Shown: positions 19,382 through 28,446, counted from the stretch's first letter. The stretch: DNA of 31,636 nucleotides from Acutalibacteraceae bacterium (GCA_045655925.1 JAZOQD010000146.1:1-31636), one strand, 5' to 3'. The notes: generated by a model not told the origin, from the sequence alone. Program-made: numbers and translations.

Positions 19382-20686
19382 ATGGCGATAAATTCAATTA
19401 ATGAGCTTTGGAATCAAATTTGCGAAGATTGTCAAAAAAATGAGAAAATTTCCGAAGTCGGTATGAACGCCTGGATATTAGGTCTTATTCCTAAGCTTTC
19501 GGATGAAGGTCAGCTTATTTTACAAACCAACCATGATTTTGTTAAGAAAAATATTGATACCTATTATAAAAAAATATTAGAGCAGTCCTGCGAGCAGGTA
19601 TGCGGCCTTCCAATGCAGATTGAGGTTGTTGTTAAAACTGAAATTGTTGAAGATGTTAAGAAAATTGCAAGCGAGCAGGAAGAAGCCTATACCTTTGAAA
19701 ACTTTGTTGTTGGCTCATCAAATAAATTTGCTCATGCTGCCGCAATGGCTGTTGCTGATAAACCTTTTTCAAATATATATAATCCTTTGTTTATCTATGG
19801 TAATTCAGGTGTTGGTAAAACTCACTTAATGGTTGCTATTAAAAATTCGGTTGAGGCTAATTTTCCGGATAAAAAAATCCTTTTTATAAGAGGAGAACAA
19901 TTTGTTAATGAATTGGTTCAGGCAATCCGCTCGCAGACAACTGATATTTTCAGAGACCGTTTTAGAACAGTTGATGTCCTTCTTATAGATGATATTCATT
20001 TTATTGCCGGTAAAGAGCAGGCTCAAGAGGAATTTTTTAATACTTTTAATTCTCTTTATCCTGAAAAACAAATTGTTGTAACCTCTGACCGTCCTCCTAA
20101 AGAAATTAAAACTTTAGAGGAAAGAATAAGGTCTCGTTTTGAAAGCGGAATTTTAGCAGATATGTCGCCTCCGGATTTTGAAACAAGGGTTGGTATTCTT
20201 AAAAATAAGTCAGATCAACTTAATCTTAACCTGAATGATGATATTTTATTTTTTATTGCAGAACAAATTAAAAGTAATATCCGTCAATTAGAGGGTATTA
20301 TTAAAAAACTTCAGGCTTATGCAAATCTTCATTCAAACAATATAACTCTTCCGCTTGTTCAAAGTTATATAAGGGATATTATAAGTGAAGAATTACCTGA
20401 TCCTGTAACTGTAGAAAAAATAGTAGAAGAGGTTTCAAGAACTTATAATGTTTCAGTAGATGATATTTTTTCTAAAAAGAAATCGGCAGATATTGCTTAT
20501 GCAAGGCAAATTTCAATTTATATAGTTAATAAGCTTATAAAAATGTCATCAATAGAAATTGGTAAAAAGTTTGGTAAAGACCATACTACTATTCTTTATA
20601 CCATTGATAAAATAAACGGAATTTTAAAAGAAAATAAATTTGAAAGAAGTATTGTTGAAGATATTATAAAAAATGTCAATTCATAA
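19382..20686 (+). CDS. dnaA: Chromosomal replication initiator DnaA
   Basis: YTFENFVVG, NPLFIYGNSGVGKTHL, LLIDDIHFI, QEEFFNTFN, SRFESG, NIRQLEG, DHTT. Confidence 0.98.
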   Translation: MAINSINELWNQICEDCQKNEKISEVGMNAWILGLIPKLSDEGQLILQTNHDFVKKNIDTYYKKILEQSCEQVCGLPMQIEVVVKTEIVEDVKKIASEQEEAYTFENFVVGSSNKFAHAAAMAVADKPFSNIYNPLFIYGNSGVGKTHLMVAIKNSVEANFPDKKILFIRGEQFVNELVQAIRSQTTDIFRDRFRTVDVLLIDDIHFIAGKEQAQEEFFNTFNSLYPEKQIVVTSDRPPKEIKTLEERIRSRFESGILADMSPPDFETRVGILKNKSDQLNLNLNDDILFFIAEQIKSNIRQLEGIIKKLQAYANLHSNNITLPLVQSYIRDIISEELPDPVTVEKIVEEVSRTYNVSVDDIFSKKKSADIAYARQISIYIVNKLIKMSSIEIGKKFGKDHTTILYTIDKINGILKENKFERSIVEDIIKNVNS

Positions 20687-20940
20687 GTCTTTAGTTTAAA
20701 AAGTTTACATAAAAATACTTTTTATCCACTTATTAACATATCTTAACAAATATTTTTCAACACCATTTGTTTATAAAATTTTAACTATCAAAATTATTAA
20801 CAAATTTGCACAATTTAAAAAGAATAAAAAAAGGTTCTTTTCTTTTTAAATTAAGAATTTTTTAAGTTATCCCCAATTTTCACCGCACTACTATTACTAC
20901 TGTTTATAAAACAAATAAATAATGAAGGAAGTATTAAAAA
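20687..20940. other. Chromosomal replication origin oriC (dnaA-dnaN intergenic region) with basal unwinding system
   Basis: Box-like 9-mers TTATCCACT (20722-30), TTATTAACA (20730-38, 20794-802), TTTTCAACA (20754-62), TGTTTATAA (20768-76), TTATCCCCA (20867-75). These are followed by a short GC patch, the DnaA-trio run CTACTATTACTAC (20888-20900) and an AT-rich tail, the same layout as the B. subtilis unwinding region. Confidence 0.88.
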
Positions 20941-22047
20941 ATGAGATTTCTTGTAAATAGAAATGAATTATGCGAAGCAGTTACTAACCTTTCAAGAGCT
21001 GTTGCAACTAAAGCTACCTTCCCTGTTTTAGAGGGAATACATATGACTGCAACAAATGATGGCTTAAAGCTCATGGCTTATAACCTTGAAATTGGTATGA
21101 CCAAGAAAATTGATATAACTTGCGCAGAAGAGGGAAGCATTGTTATTAAAGCAAAGCTTTTAGGAGAAATTCTTCGTTCTGTTACAGATGAGAATGTTTC
21201 TTTTGAAGTAGACGATAGGTTGATGTGTAAAATAAAATGCGGATCTGCTCTTTTTGATATTATGGGAATGCCTGCATCAGATTTTCCAGAGATGCCTACA
21301 GTTGAAGATTGTGAAGCTATTTCTTTCCCATCAGAAGATTTAAAAAATATGGTTCGTCAGACTATTTTTGCAACTGCAGCAGCAGATGCTCAAAAACCAA
21401 TTTTAACAGGCCTTTTATTTGATATTGATGAAAATGGTGTTAGTGTAGTTGGCGTTGATGGATATAGATTGGCTATAAGAAAAGAAAATATAAAATTGAA
21501 CTGCAATAATTCCTTTATTATTTCTGCAAAAACTATTGGTGAGGCTGTTAAAATTATAGGCGAGGAAGATGAGAGTGTTCAATTCTTTGTTGGCCGTCGT
21601 CATGTTTCTATGATAATAAACGGATATACCATCGTTTCAAGAAAAATTGAGGGAGAATTTATCGATTATAAAAAAATTATGCCTTCCTCTTTCTCAACCA
21701 GCGTAAAGGTTAATATTAAAGAGATAGTTTCAATAATAGAAAGAATTTCTTTAATTATAAATGACCAGCTTAAAACTCCGATGAGATGTAAAATAGAAGA
21801 TGGCGAGATTATTTTCTCCTGCGCTACAGCTTTAGGAAGAGCAACTGATTCTTATAAAGTAGAGGTTAAGGGAGAAAAATTTGAAATTGGTATAAATAAC
21901 CGTTTCCTATTAGATGCTTTAAAAGCCTGTGAAACAGAGGAAGCTATTATCAATTTTAACGGTTCTTTTGCTTCTATTATAATTAAACCGGTTGAAAATG
22001 ATGATTATACCTATATGATTATGCCAATGAGGTTAAGAGCTGAATAA
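20941..22047 (+). CDS. dnaN: DNA polymerase III beta sliding clamp
   Basis: PVLEGI, AYNLEIG, DFPEMP, VGVDGYRLA, GEFIDYKKIMP, IGINNRFLLDAL, C-terminal MIMPMRL; position after dnaA. Confidence 0.96.
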   Translation: MRFLVNRNELCEAVTNLSRAVATKATFPVLEGIHMTATNDGLKLMAYNLEIGMTKKIDITCAEEGSIVIKAKLLGEILRSVTDENVSFEVDDRLMCKIKCGSALFDIMGMPASDFPEMPTVEDCEAISFPSEDLKNMVRQTIFATAAADAQKPILTGLLFDIDENGVSVVGVDGYRLAIRKENIKLNCNNSFIISAKTIGEAVKIIGEEDESVQFFVGRRHVSMIINGYTIVSRKIEGEFIDYKKIMPSSFSTSVKVNIKEIVSIIERISLIINDQLKTPMRCKIEDGEIIFSCATALGRATDSYKVEVKGEKFEIGINNRFLLDALKACETEEAIINFNGSFASIIIKPVENDDYTYMIMPMRLRAE

Positions 22048-22259
22048 TGGAAGAAATAAAAATACATACAGAATATATAAAACTCGATGATTTACTTAAA
22101 TTCGCAGGAATATTAGGTAGCGGTGGCCAGGCAAAAGCCGTCATTTTAGATGGGCTTGTTAAAGTAAATGGAGAAGTTTGCACTATGAGGGGTAAAAAAC
22201 TCCGTGGCGGCGAAATTATTGAGTTTATGGGTAATAAATTAAAGGTTATAAAAGAATGA
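22047..22259 (+). CDS. yaaA: S4-domain RNA-binding protein YaaA
   Basis: EYIKLDDLLKFAG..SGGQAK..I..G.VKVNGEVCTMRGKKL; canonical position between dnaN and recF. Confidence 0.92.
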   Translation: MEEIKIHTEYIKLDDLLKFAGILGSGGQAKAVILDGLVKVNGEVCTMRGKKLRGGEIIEFMGNKLKVIKE

Positions 22260-23329
22260 TTTTTAAAAAATTAGAGCTTAATAATTTTAGAAAAATCAAA
22301 TCTGCAAAATTAGAGCTTCATAAAGGTATAAATATTTTTTATGGAGATAACGCCGCAGGTAAAACAAGTATTTTAGAAGCATTATGGAGTTTTACTGGAG
22401 CAAAATCCTTCAGAGGATCTAAAGATACTGACCTTATTTCTTTTGGTAGTGAGAAAGCAAATATTAAATTATATTTTTTAGATAATGAAAGAGAACAGGA
22501 ATGTATTATTAACATCGAAAAACACCGTGAAGCAATATTAAACGATGTTGAATACGGTCCTGCTTCAAAAATAGCGGGAAAAATAAATGCAATAGTTTTT
22601 TCTCCAATTGATTTAAATATCATAGAAAACGGTCCTGCATTCAGAAGAAAATTTTTAGATACTGCAATTTGTCAATTATATCCCTCATATTTAGATATTT
22701 ATAAAAAATATCTAAGGGCGGTTGAGCAAAGAAATAAAATTTTAAAAGAAATAAAATATAATCCGATGCTTTTAGAATTTTTAGAGGATTTTGAAAACGA
22801 AATTTCATCTTTTGGAGCCCAAATTATTGATTATAGAGAAAAATTTATAGAAAAGCTTAATAAATATCTTCCTAATATTTATAATGGCATTTCTTTAGGA
22901 AAAGAAAAAATTGAGATTTTTTATGAAACTGATGCCAGTAAACAAAAAGAGAAATTTAAAGAAAAATTAAAGCTTTTAAGAGATGAGGATATTAAAAATA
23001 TATCAACTTCAATAGGTCCTCATAGAGATGATATAGATATTAAAATAGATAGTATCAGTGCCCGATATTTTGGTTCTCAGGGTCAAAAACGTTCGGCGGC
23101 GATTGCTCTTAAATTAAGCGAATCTGAGGTTATTTATGAAATAACAGAAAAAAAACCCGTAGCATTATTAGATGATGTTATGAGTGAGCTTGATATTAAC
23201 CGTCAGAATTACATTTTAAATCATATAAAAGAATGGCAGGTTTTTATAACCTGCTGTGATAAAGAAAATTTTAGTTCTTTGAAAGAAGGAAAAATTTTCG
23301 AGGTTAAAAACGGCGAGATATTCAGTTAG
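22256..23329 (+). CDS. recF: DNA replication and repair protein RecF
   Basis: GDNAAGKTSILEA Walker A, GPHRDD, GSQGQKRS, LLDDVMSELD. Confidence 0.95.
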   Translation: MIFKKLELNNFRKIKSAKLELHKGINIFYGDNAAGKTSILEALWSFTGAKSFRGSKDTDLISFGSEKANIKLYFLDNEREQECIINIEKHREAILNDVEYGPASKIAGKINAIVFSPIDLNIIENGPAFRRKFLDTAICQLYPSYLDIYKKYLRAVEQRNKILKEIKYNPMLLEFLEDFENEISSFGAQIIDYREKFIEKLNKYLPNIYNGISLGKEKIEIFYETDASKQKEKFKEKLKLLRDEDIKNISTSIGPHRDDIDIKIDSISARYFGSQGQKRSAAIALKLSESEVIYEITEKKPVALLDDVMSELDINRQNYILNHIKEWQVFITCCDKENFSSLKEGKIFEVKNGEIFS

Positions 23330-23331
23330 AG

Positions 23332-23607
23332 GTGATAGGTATTTATCTTCATTTAGGTCAGGATAAGGTTGTAAAATCTTCATCCGTTTTAGGAGTTTTT
23401 GATATGGATACCTCTACCGTTCAAAAAAACACCAGAACATTTTTAAATAAAGCAGAAAAAGAGGGCAGAGTTATAAATGTTTCTTTTGAACTGCCAAAAT
23501 CTTTTGTTGTTTGCCTTGAAGAAGGTAAAATAATAATTTATATTTCCCAGTTATCAACTGCAACGCTTGAAAAGCGAGCAGAGAATTTTAAAAGTATATT
23601 AGTTTAA
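23332..23607 (+). CDS. remB: RemB / DUF370 family protein
   Basis: YLHLGQD..V....LGVFDMD, PKSFV, YISQLSTATLEKR; canonical position between recF and gyrB. Start uncertain: GTG 23332 or ATT 23341. Confidence 0.82.
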   Translation: MIGIYLHLGQDKVVKSSSVLGVFDMDTSTVQKNTRTFLNKAEKEGRVINVSFELPKSFVVCLEEGKIIIYISQLSTATLEKRAENFKSILV

Positions 23608-23630
23608 AGTTTTGAGGTAAGGAGTTTAAA

Positions 23631-25571
23631 ATGAGTAACGACATCAATACACCTATAACCGAAAATTATGACGAAAATTCTATACAAGTTTTAGAAGGAC
23701 TTGAAGCGGTCAGAAAGCGTCCCGGTATGTATATCGGTTCGACCGGCGAAAGAGGTCTTCACCACTTAGTATATGAAATCGTCGATAACTCAATAGATGA
23801 GGCGTTGGCAGGCTTCTGCGATAAAATAACGGTTGAAATACTTGATGACGGAATAATCAGAGTAATAGATAACGGACGAGGAATACCTGTTGGTATCCAT
23901 CCGCAAAAGGGTATTCCTACAGTTCAAGTTGTTTTCACTATTCTTCATGCAGGCGGTAAATTCGGCGGAAGCGGATATAAGGTTTCCGGCGGTCTTCATG
24001 GCGTTGGCGCATCGGTTGTTAACGCGTTATCTTCCTGGCTTGAGGTTGAAATTAAAGATGGAACTCATATCTATAAGCAAAGATATGAGAAAGGTGCCAT
24101 TGCTACCGACCTTATAGTAATAGGCGATACTAAAGAAACAGGAACCACCGTTACCTTTAAACCTGACCCCACAATATTTACCGATACTACCACATACGAT
24201 TACGATATTCTTAAAAAACGTCTTCGTGAGCAGGCGTTCCTTAATGCAGGAATAAGAATTGAACTCAAAGATTTAAGAACTGATGTATTTGAGCCTAAGA
24301 CTGATGAATTCCATTATGAAGGCGGTATTAAGTCTTATGTAGAGTTTTTGCTCGAAGGAATGAAGAAAGAGAGTCTTAACAGCGAGGTTATCTACCTATC
24401 AACCGCAAAGGAAGACCAAACTGTTGAGATTGCGATGCTTTGGTCGACCGCTTATGATTCGAAAATAATGTCGTTCGCTAATACTCTATATACCGTTGAC
24501 GGAGGAACTCATGAGCAGGGCTTCAGACAGAGCTTGGCTAACACCGTTAATAAATATGCTTTTGACTTTAAACATTTAAAAGAGGGCAATCCGAGATTAA
24601 AGGGCGAAGATATAATCGAGGGATTGGTTGCTGTTGTTTCGGTAAAGCTTGCAGACGCGCAGTTTGAAAGCCAGACAAAAGCAAAACTCGGTAATACTTC
24701 TATAGGAAAATTAGTCCGTGACCTTGTTAATGAAAAACTTTATGAATATTTAGGCGAGCATCCGCAGGAAGCTAAGATTATTATTGATAAATCGATTGCT
24801 TCTTCAAATGCCCGTGAGGCTGCTCAGAAAGCAAGAGATGCTTCTAGAAATAAAGCGGGAATCGGCGGAAAGACTAGAATGCCTGAAAAATTGACCGACT
24901 GTATTTCAGATGACCCCACAAAGACCGAAATTTATATCGTCGAGGGAGATTCTGCAGGCGGTTCGGCGGTTGAGGGAAGAAACTCAACCTATCAGGCAAT
25001 TTTGCCTCTTTGGGGTAAAATGCTCAACGTTGAAAAAGCAAGAGATGATAAGGTTTACGGAAACGATAAGTTAACACCTGTTATTGTAGCCTTGGGCACA
25101 GGAATCGGTGAAAACTTTGATATAGAAAAGCTCCGTTATGATAAAATTGTTATTATGGCCGATGCTGACGTTGACGGTAGCCATATAAGAACACTTTTAC
25201 TTACTTTCTTCTTCCGCTATATGCCCGAACTTATAGAAACCGGTCATATTTATTTGGCACAGCCTCCTCTTTACAGAGTTTCTAAGGGCAAGCAGCATTT
25301 TGATGCTTTTACCGATGAAGAAAAGGCAATGTATATTGAACAATTAGGCGGAACAGCCGATGTTCAGCGTTATAAAGGTCTTGGTGAGATGGATCCTGAT
25401 CAGCTTTGGGAAACAACACTCGACCCTGAGAGAAGAACAATGCTTCGTGTAACAATGGCAGATGCCGAAATTGCCGATGCAACCTTTACAATGCTTATGG
25501 GCGATGAGGTTGAACCCAGAAAGCAGTTTATTGAAGAAAACGCGGTATTTGCTACCGATCTTGATATTTAA
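23631..25571 (+). CDS. gyrB: DNA gyrase subunit B
   Basis: EAVRKRPGMYIG, EIVDNSIDE, LHAGGKF, GGLHGVG, EGDSAGGS, MADADVDG, QRYKGLGEM. Confidence 0.97.
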   Translation: MSNDINTPITENYDENSIQVLEGLEAVRKRPGMYIGSTGERGLHHLVYEIVDNSIDEALAGFCDKITVEILDDGIIRVIDNGRGIPVGIHPQKGIPTVQVVFTILHAGGKFGGSGYKVSGGLHGVGASVVNALSSWLEVEIKDGTHIYKQRYEKGAIATDLIVIGDTKETGTTVTFKPDPTIFTDTTTYDYDILKKRLREQAFLNAGIRIELKDLRTDVFEPKTDEFHYEGGIKSYVEFLLEGMKKESLNSEVIYLSTAKEDQTVEIAMLWSTAYDSKIMSFANTLYTVDGGTHEQGFRQSLANTVNKYAFDFKHLKEGNPRLKGEDIIEGLVAVVSVKLADAQFESQTKAKLGNTSIGKLVRDLVNEKLYEYLGEHPQEAKIIIDKSIASSNAREAAQKARDASRNKAGIGGKTRMPEKLTDCISDDPTKTEIYIVEGDSAGGSAVEGRNSTYQAILPLWGKMLNVEKARDDKVYGNDKLTPVIVALGTGIGENFDIEKLRYDKIVIMADADVDGSHIRTLLLTFFFRYMPELIETGHIYLAQPPLYRVSKGKQHFDAFTDEEKAMYIEQLGGTADVQRYKGLGEMDPDQLWETTLDPERRTMLRVTMADAEIADATFTMLMGDEVEPRKQFIEENAVFATDLDI

Positions 25572-25588
25572 GGAAAGGAGAGAAAACA

Positions 25589-28159
25589 ATGGCAAAGCAG
25601 GAAAATGTTTATTGGCCCAGTAATGAAGAAACCAAAATAGTTCCCGTTGAAATAGTAGATGAAGTCAAAAATAGTATGCTTCAATACGGTATGTCGGTGC
25701 TTGTAGGCCGTGCATTGCCCGATGTTCGTGACGGATTGAAGCCTGTTCACAGAAGAATACTTTATACAATGTATGAAAACGGACTTACTCCCGATAAAGC
25801 CTACCGTAAATGCGCCGATACCGTAGGTGCAGTTCTTGGTCGTTACCATCCGCATGGCGATAGCTCGGTTTATGATGCTATGGTTCGTATGGCGCAGGAT
25901 TTTTCTCTCCGCTATCCCTTGATAGATGGTCACGGAAACTTCGGTAATATTGATGGCTATCCCGCAGCGGCATATCGTTATACTGAGTCAAAAATGAATA
26001 GACTTTCTCTCCATATGCTTGATGATATTGAGAAAGATACCGTTGATTTTGCTCCCAACTATGATGATCGTTTAAAAGAACCAACCGTTCTTCCTGTTCG
26101 TTTCCCGCAGTTGTTGGTTAACGGCTCATCGGGTATCGCTTTTGGTATGGCAACCGAGATTCCTCCGCATAACTTAGCAGAGGTTATTGATGGTATGTGC
26201 TGCCTTATCGATAACCCCGAGGCAGATTTATCGGAAATTTGCGAATTTATTAAGGGTCCCGATTTCCCTACCGGCGGAATCATTATGGGCAGAGCAGGTA
26301 TAAGAGCCGCTTATGCAACCGGTAAAGGAAAAATTATTGTTCGCGGTAAAGCTGAAATTGAAGAAAAACGCGATGGTAAATTCCGCATCGTTATAACTGA
26401 GATTCCTTATAAGGTAAGAAAGAAAGACCTTGTTAAAAAGATATATGATTTAGCCGCCGAAAAGCGTGTTGAGGGTATCGACGATGTTGTTGACTACTCC
26501 TCAAAGAGAGATGGCGGTATCAGAATAGTGGTTGACATAAAACGCGATGCGAATCCGCAGGTTGTGCTCAATAAACTCTATTCATATACCGAGCTTCAGA
26601 CCACCTTTGGCGCTAACTTAATTGCTATTGTAAACGGCAAACCTCAGATTTTAACACTCAAGGAAATGTTGCAGAATTGCATAGATTTCCAGTGTGAAAT
26701 CATTGAGCGCAGAACCCGTTTTGATATGAAAAAGGCGCAGGAGAGAGCCCATATTTTAGAGGGCTTAAAAGTTGCTCTTGACTTTATTGATGAAGTGGTT
26801 AACATAATCCGCAGCAGCAAAACAATTCCGGAGTCAAAAGACCGCTTATCAGAGAGGTTTGGATTAGATGATATCCAGACTACTGCAATCGTTCAGATGC
26901 AATTAGGAAAACTCGCAGGAATGGAAAAACAGAAGATTGAAGATGAGCTCAAAGAGAAATATGAGTTCATCAAAGAATGCATGGAAATTCTTGCTGACCA
27001 CAAAAAAGTTCTCGATATTGTTAAGACTGAGTCGCTCAATCTCAGAGATAAGTATGCCGATGAGAGAAGAACAGAGATTTCGGCGGTTTCGGGTGAGGTT
27101 GATATTGAAGACCTTATTCCTCGAGAGGAATGCGTTCTTACTAAAACCGTCAGCGGTTATATTAAGAGATTGCCCTCTGATACCTATTCAACTCAGCATA
27201 GAGGCGGTAAGGGTATTACCGGTATGACAACCCGTGAGGGCGATATCGTTGAAAATATGTTTACCTGCTGCTCGCATGACTATATTCTCCTCTTTAGTAA
27301 TTTAGGTCGTTTGTATAGAATCAAGGCTTATGAGATTCCCGAGGGAAGCAGAACCTCAAAGGGTATGAACCTTGTAAACATTCTGCCGTTAATGCCAGAT
27401 GAGAAAATTATAAACATTCTCCCGCTTGATGATACGATTGACCTTGATAATCCGTTCTCCGTATGTATGATTACCAAGAAGGGAACCATCAAGAGAACTA
27501 ATATCAGCGCGTTTAAGAATGTTCGCAAGACCGGTATTATTGCAATCAACATCGAGGAAGACGATGAGTTAGCTTATGTTTGCAGAACCTCGGGCAATCA
27601 GGAATTGCTTGTTGCAACAAAGAAGGGCTTCTCAATCAGATTTGATGAGAACGATGCCAGAGAAATGGGCAGAACCGCAAGAGGCGTTCGAGCAATCAAG
27701 CTCCGCGAGGGCGATGAGGTTGTGGGAATGACCGTTTGCGAAGAGGGTAAAGAACTGCTCACTGTTACCGAAACAGGCTACGGAAGAATCAGCAGCTTTG
27801 ATGATTATCGTTTGCAGTCAAGAGGCGGTAAGGGTATTACCAACTACCGCACTGCAAAATACGGAGATGTTGCCGCAGTTATAACCGTTACCAATGAAAA
27901 CGATGTTATTATAATCACATCGGCAGGTATAATTATCCGCGTTCCTGTTGAGGAAATCAGCAGATTCGCGCGTCCGGCAAAGGGTGTCAGAATAATGAGA
28001 GTTAAATCCGAAAACGGAGAAAAGATTCTCTCGGTTGCATCGGCAATCCACGATTCAGAAGAGGTTACCGACCACCCCGAAGCTGCAGAGGCAGATGCCG
28101 CAGATGTGGGCGAACCCGATGAAGCTGCAGAACCTGAAACAGAAGAAACCGAAGAATAA
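25589..28159 (+). CDS. gyrA: DNA gyrase subunit A
   Basis: DGLKPVHRR, YHPHGDSSVYD, catalytic AAYRYTE. GyrA-box QHRGGKG supports gyrase rather than ParC. Acidic tail. Confidence 0.97.
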   Translation: MAKQENVYWPSNEETKIVPVEIVDEVKNSMLQYGMSVLVGRALPDVRDGLKPVHRRILYTMYENGLTPDKAYRKCADTVGAVLGRYHPHGDSSVYDAMVRMAQDFSLRYPLIDGHGNFGNIDGYPAAAYRYTESKMNRLSLHMLDDIEKDTVDFAPNYDDRLKEPTVLPVRFPQLLVNGSSGIAFGMATEIPPHNLAEVIDGMCCLIDNPEADLSEICEFIKGPDFPTGGIIMGRAGIRAAYATGKGKIIVRGKAEIEEKRDGKFRIVITEIPYKVRKKDLVKKIYDLAAEKRVEGIDDVVDYSSKRDGGIRIVVDIKRDANPQVVLNKLYSYTELQTTFGANLIAIVNGKPQILTLKEMLQNCIDFQCEIIERRTRFDMKKAQERAHILEGLKVALDFIDEVVNIIRSSKTIPESKDRLSERFGLDDIQTTAIVQMQLGKLAGMEKQKIEDELKEKYEFIKECMEILADHKKVLDIVKTESLNLRDKYADERRTEISAVSGEVDIEDLIPREECVLTKTVSGYIKRLPSDTYSTQHRGGKGITGMTTREGDIVENMFTCCSHDYILLFSNLGRLYRIKAYEIPEGSRTSKGMNLVNILPLMPDEKIINILPLDDTIDLDNPFSVCMITKKGTIKRTNISAFKNVRKTGIIAINIEEDDELAYVCRTSGNQELLVATKKGFSIRFDENDAREMGRTARGVRAIKLREGDEVVGMTVCEEGKELLTVTETGYGRISSFDDYRLQSRGGKGITNYRTAKYGDVAAVITVTNENDVIIITSAGIIIRVPVEEISRFARPAKGVRIMRVKSENGEKILSVASAIHDSEEVTDHPEAAEADAADVGEPDEAAEPETEETEE

Positions 28160-28191
28160 AAAAACCCGCCTTCATTTTAAGGCGGGTTTTT
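28159..28191. repeat. Terminator hairpin after gyrA; copy 1 of a 33-bp direct repeat
   Basis: AAAAAACCCGCCTTCATTTTAAGGCGGGTTTTT: stem CCCGCCTT/AAGGCGGG with A and T tracts. Confidence 0.9.
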
Positions 28192-28390
28192 TATTTCTCG
28201 GACAATTTTTATCATCACAATCAAGACATAAAGCTTTATAATTTTTAGTTGTGCAACAAATCAGATAATCACATTCATCACAACAGCATTCAAGAAGTTT
28301 GCCTTTAAAATCTTTATGTTTGCCGTTGCCTTTGCAGTTTTTTCCGTTATTTCCCGGAAACAAAACAATTCCGGTAACATCAATAATCAT
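28172..28390 (-). CDS. Small cysteine-rich hypothetical protein (72 aa, 10 Cys)
   Basis: ATG with a GGGGG RBS 7 nt upstream and a TTTACA-N17-TATAAT promoter. Patterned Cys: C-x15-CCC-x2-C-x4-CC-x8-C-x2-C-x4-C. No family recognised. Confidence 0.72.
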   Translation of the reverse strand: MIIDVTGIVLFPGNNGKNCKGNGKHKDFKGKLLECCCDECDYLICCTTKNYKALCLDCDDKNCPRNKKPALK

Positions 28391-28403
28391 ATAAAAACCC
28401 CCT

Positions 28404-28446
28404 ATATAGACTATTACATTATATAACGTAATAGTCTATATGTAAA
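28404..28446 (-). promoter_or_regulatory. SigmaA-type promoter of the Cys-rich gene overlapped by a 38-bp palindrome (putative operator)
   Basis: Minus strand TTTACA (28446-28441), 17 nt, TATAAT (28423-28418). Palindrome ATATAGACTATTAC-a-TTATATAA-c-GTAATAGTCTATAT at 28404-28441. Confidence 0.75.

Noticed and set aside
23790-28241. Short track ORFs within or antisense to gyrB and gyrA (e.g. 25568-25933, 26937-27227, 28035-28241)
   Set aside because: Shadow or alternative-frame ORFs inside strongly supported core genes.
28172-28390. Cys-rich ORF read as a SCIFF/ranthipeptide precursor
   Set aside because: The sequence does not resemble SCIFF, and no radical-SAM maturase, peptidase or exporter gene is nearby.
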